This document shows positions 4,797 through 6,098 of a stretch of DNA of 6,098 bases, piece after piece; position 1 is the stretch's first letter; each line of letters begins with the position of its first letter. The DNA lies in assembly GCF_035285525.1 (NCBI RefSeq), contig NZ_JAYKGW010000166.1, positions 1 through 6,098 of the forward strand, given 5' to 3'. A program made the position numbers and the translations under genes. The notes under the pieces were generated by a model that saw only the letters and a program-made list of their open reading frames with translations, had not been told where the DNA came from and did no database searches. Source of the stretch: Okeania sp. (lineage in GTDB: Bacteria > Cyanobacteriota > Cyanobacteriia > Cyanobacteriales > Microcoleaceae).

Positions 4797-5972
4797 ATGA
4801 CTACTTTAAATTTAATAAACCAAAACCTGGAAACAATTTTAAATAGCGCTCTCGAAGGTGACAACTTATCCCCAAAAGAAGCACTGTTATTATTATCTCC
4901 AACTACTGAATCTAATTTCAGCAAACTTACTTTAACCAAACTGCCACCAGAAGTAACCGCTATCAAAAAAACAGCAGATAAACTCCGACAACAACAAGTA
5001 GGTGATACCATAACTTACGTTATCAACCGGAATATAAATTTCACGAATATCTGCGAACAACATTGTAGTTTTTGTGCATTTCGTCGAGGCGAGGGAGACG
5101 CGGGTGCATTTTGGTTAGACACTGAGCAAATACTGGCAAAAGCTAATGATGCAGTAGAACGTGGAGCAACAGAAATTTGTATGCAGGGAGGATTAAATCT
5201 TCAAGCTAAAGTTGCCGGAAAATCTTTACCTTATTATTTGCAACTGGTAAAAGGGATTAAAAATGAGTTTCCGCAATTACATTTACACGCTTTTTCTCCC
5301 CAGGAGGTACAGTTTATTGCGAGGGAGGATGGCGTCAGTTATGAATATGTAATTGCTGCTTTCCGGGATGCAGGTGTCGGATCGATGCCAGGTACTGCTG
5401 CCGAAGTTTTGGATGATGCGGTGCGGCGAGTTATTTGCCCGGAAAAAATTGATACGGCGACTTGGTTAGAAATAGTCGGTACGGCGCATCGGTTAGGAAT
5501 GCCAACTACAAGTACGATGTTATGCGGTCATATTGAAACCCCCGAACAGCAGATTTTACACTTAGAGAGGTTGCGCGTTCTCCAACAAACTGCCATCGAA
5601 AAAGATTATCCGGCGAGAATAACCGAGTTTATTTTATTACCATTTGTTGGGCAAGAAGCACCTGCACCTTTGCGTCGGAGAGTAGGGCGATATCAACCTG
5701 TTTTATTGGATGTTTTATTATTAACAGCAGTGTCGAGAATATTCTTAGGAAATTGGATTATTAATCATCAACCGAGTTGGGTAAAACTTGGTTTAGATGG
5801 AGCAAAAGAGGCATTGAACTGGGGTTGTAATGATATTGGGGGTACGTTAATGGAGGAACATATTACCACAATGGCAGGTGCTGTGGGAGGTACTTGTATG
5901 GAGGTAGAAACTTTGCAAGAAGCTATTAAAAGTTTGGGTAGAAATTATCAACAAAGAGACACAGTTTATTGA
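4797..5972 (+). CDS. cofH: FO (7,8-didemethyl-8-hydroxy-5-deazariboflavin) synthase subunit 2, radical SAM enzyme CofH
   Basis: 391-aa ORF carrying the radical-SAM cluster motif [12 protein letters not shown] (CxxxCxxC). It also carries CofH/FbiC-C-type blocks: [50 protein letters not shown] and [20 protein letters not shown]. Cyanobacteria use the men pathway rather than futalosine, which argues against the related MqnC/MqnE. Confidence 0.85.
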   Translation: MTTLNLINQNLETILNSALEGDNLSPKEALLLLSPTTESNFSKLTLTKLPPEVTAIKKTADKLRQQQVGDTITYVINRNINFTNICEQHCSFCAFRRGEGDAGAFWLDTEQILAKANDAVERGATEICMQGGLNLQAKVAGKSLPYYLQLVKGIKNEFPQLHLHAFSPQEVQFIAREDGVSYEYVIAAFRDAGVGSMPGTAAEVLDDAVRRVICPEKIDTATWLEIVGTAHRLGMPTTSTMLCGHIETPEQQILHLERLRVLQQTAIEKDYPARITEFILLPFVGQEAPAPLRRRVGRYQPVLLDVLLLTAVSRIFLGNWIINHQPSWVKLGLDGAKEALNWGCNDIGGTLMEEHITTMAGAVGGTCMEVETLQEAIKSLGRNYQQRDTVY

Positions 5973-5974
5973 AG

Positions 5975-6098
5975 TCAAAATTCAAAAGTCAGATATTTTG
6001 TAGGTTAGGTTGAGGAAGGAAACCCAACCAAATATGGAAGTCAAAATTTATGGATTCAAAATTCAAAAGTCAGATATTTTGTAGGTTAGGTTGAGGAA
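5975..6098. repeat. Direct repeat with 81-bp period immediately after the cofH stop, containing GTAGGTTAGGTTGAGGAA hairpin units
   Basis: The 43-nt string tcaaaattcaaaagtcagatattttgtaggttaggttgaggaa occurs at 5975-6017 and again at 6056-6098, where the window edge truncates it. gaagtcaaaatt also repeats at 5971-5982 and 6037-6048. The unit at 6000-6029 belongs to the same family as 230-318. Confidence 0.8.

Noticed and set aside
4784-5011. 75-aa minus-strand ORF overlapping the cofH 5' end
   Set aside because: It is antisense to a confidently identified radical-SAM gene and is a shadow ORF.
1-6098. CRISPR arrays, rRNA, intact tRNA, transposase or integrase genes
   Set aside because: There are no regularly spaced 25-40-bp direct repeats with unique spacers. 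The only tandem structure is the 81-bp-period repeat at the right edge. No cloverleaf-capable segment was found, and no ORF carries DDE, tyrosine-recombinase or serine-recombinase motifs.

Overview
Five GCGATCGC (HIP1) octamers and characteristic G/C-run and GTAGGTTGGGTT hairpin repeats indicate an AT-rich cyanobacterial window, probably from a filamentous or heterocystous lineage. One clear housekeeping gene sits at the right end: radical-SAM FO synthase subunit CofH (4797-5972, +). By eye it is more GC-rich than everything to its left. The left ~4.7 kb looks like an accessory, conflict-type island. It holds four elements. (1) An uncharacterised two-gene cassette (660-1406 and 1462-1779): a membrane protein with a central two-helix hydrophobic hairpin, followed by a small helical protein. 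The C-terminal ~23 aa of the first protein recur as the N-terminal ~22 aa of the second (F-x-I-x-A ... G-x-[IL]-F-G-G-x-x-N-x-[VI]-x-N). I could not assign either protein to a known family, and this is my best candidate for something undescribed. (2) A tightly coupled three-gene unit (2007-3421): a small antitoxin-like protein, a PIN-like nuclease and a Uma2/DUF820 PD-(D/E)xK nuclease. (3) A second PD-(D/E)xK (HSDR_N-like) nuclease gene interrupted by a single in-frame TGA (3661-4296) and bracketed by direct copies of a ~67-bp repeat. (4) A 119-bp element with perfect 17-bp terminal inverted repeats. I found no rRNA, intact tRNA, CRISPR array, transposase or integrase. All functional calls rest on motif recognition by eye; no database search was possible.
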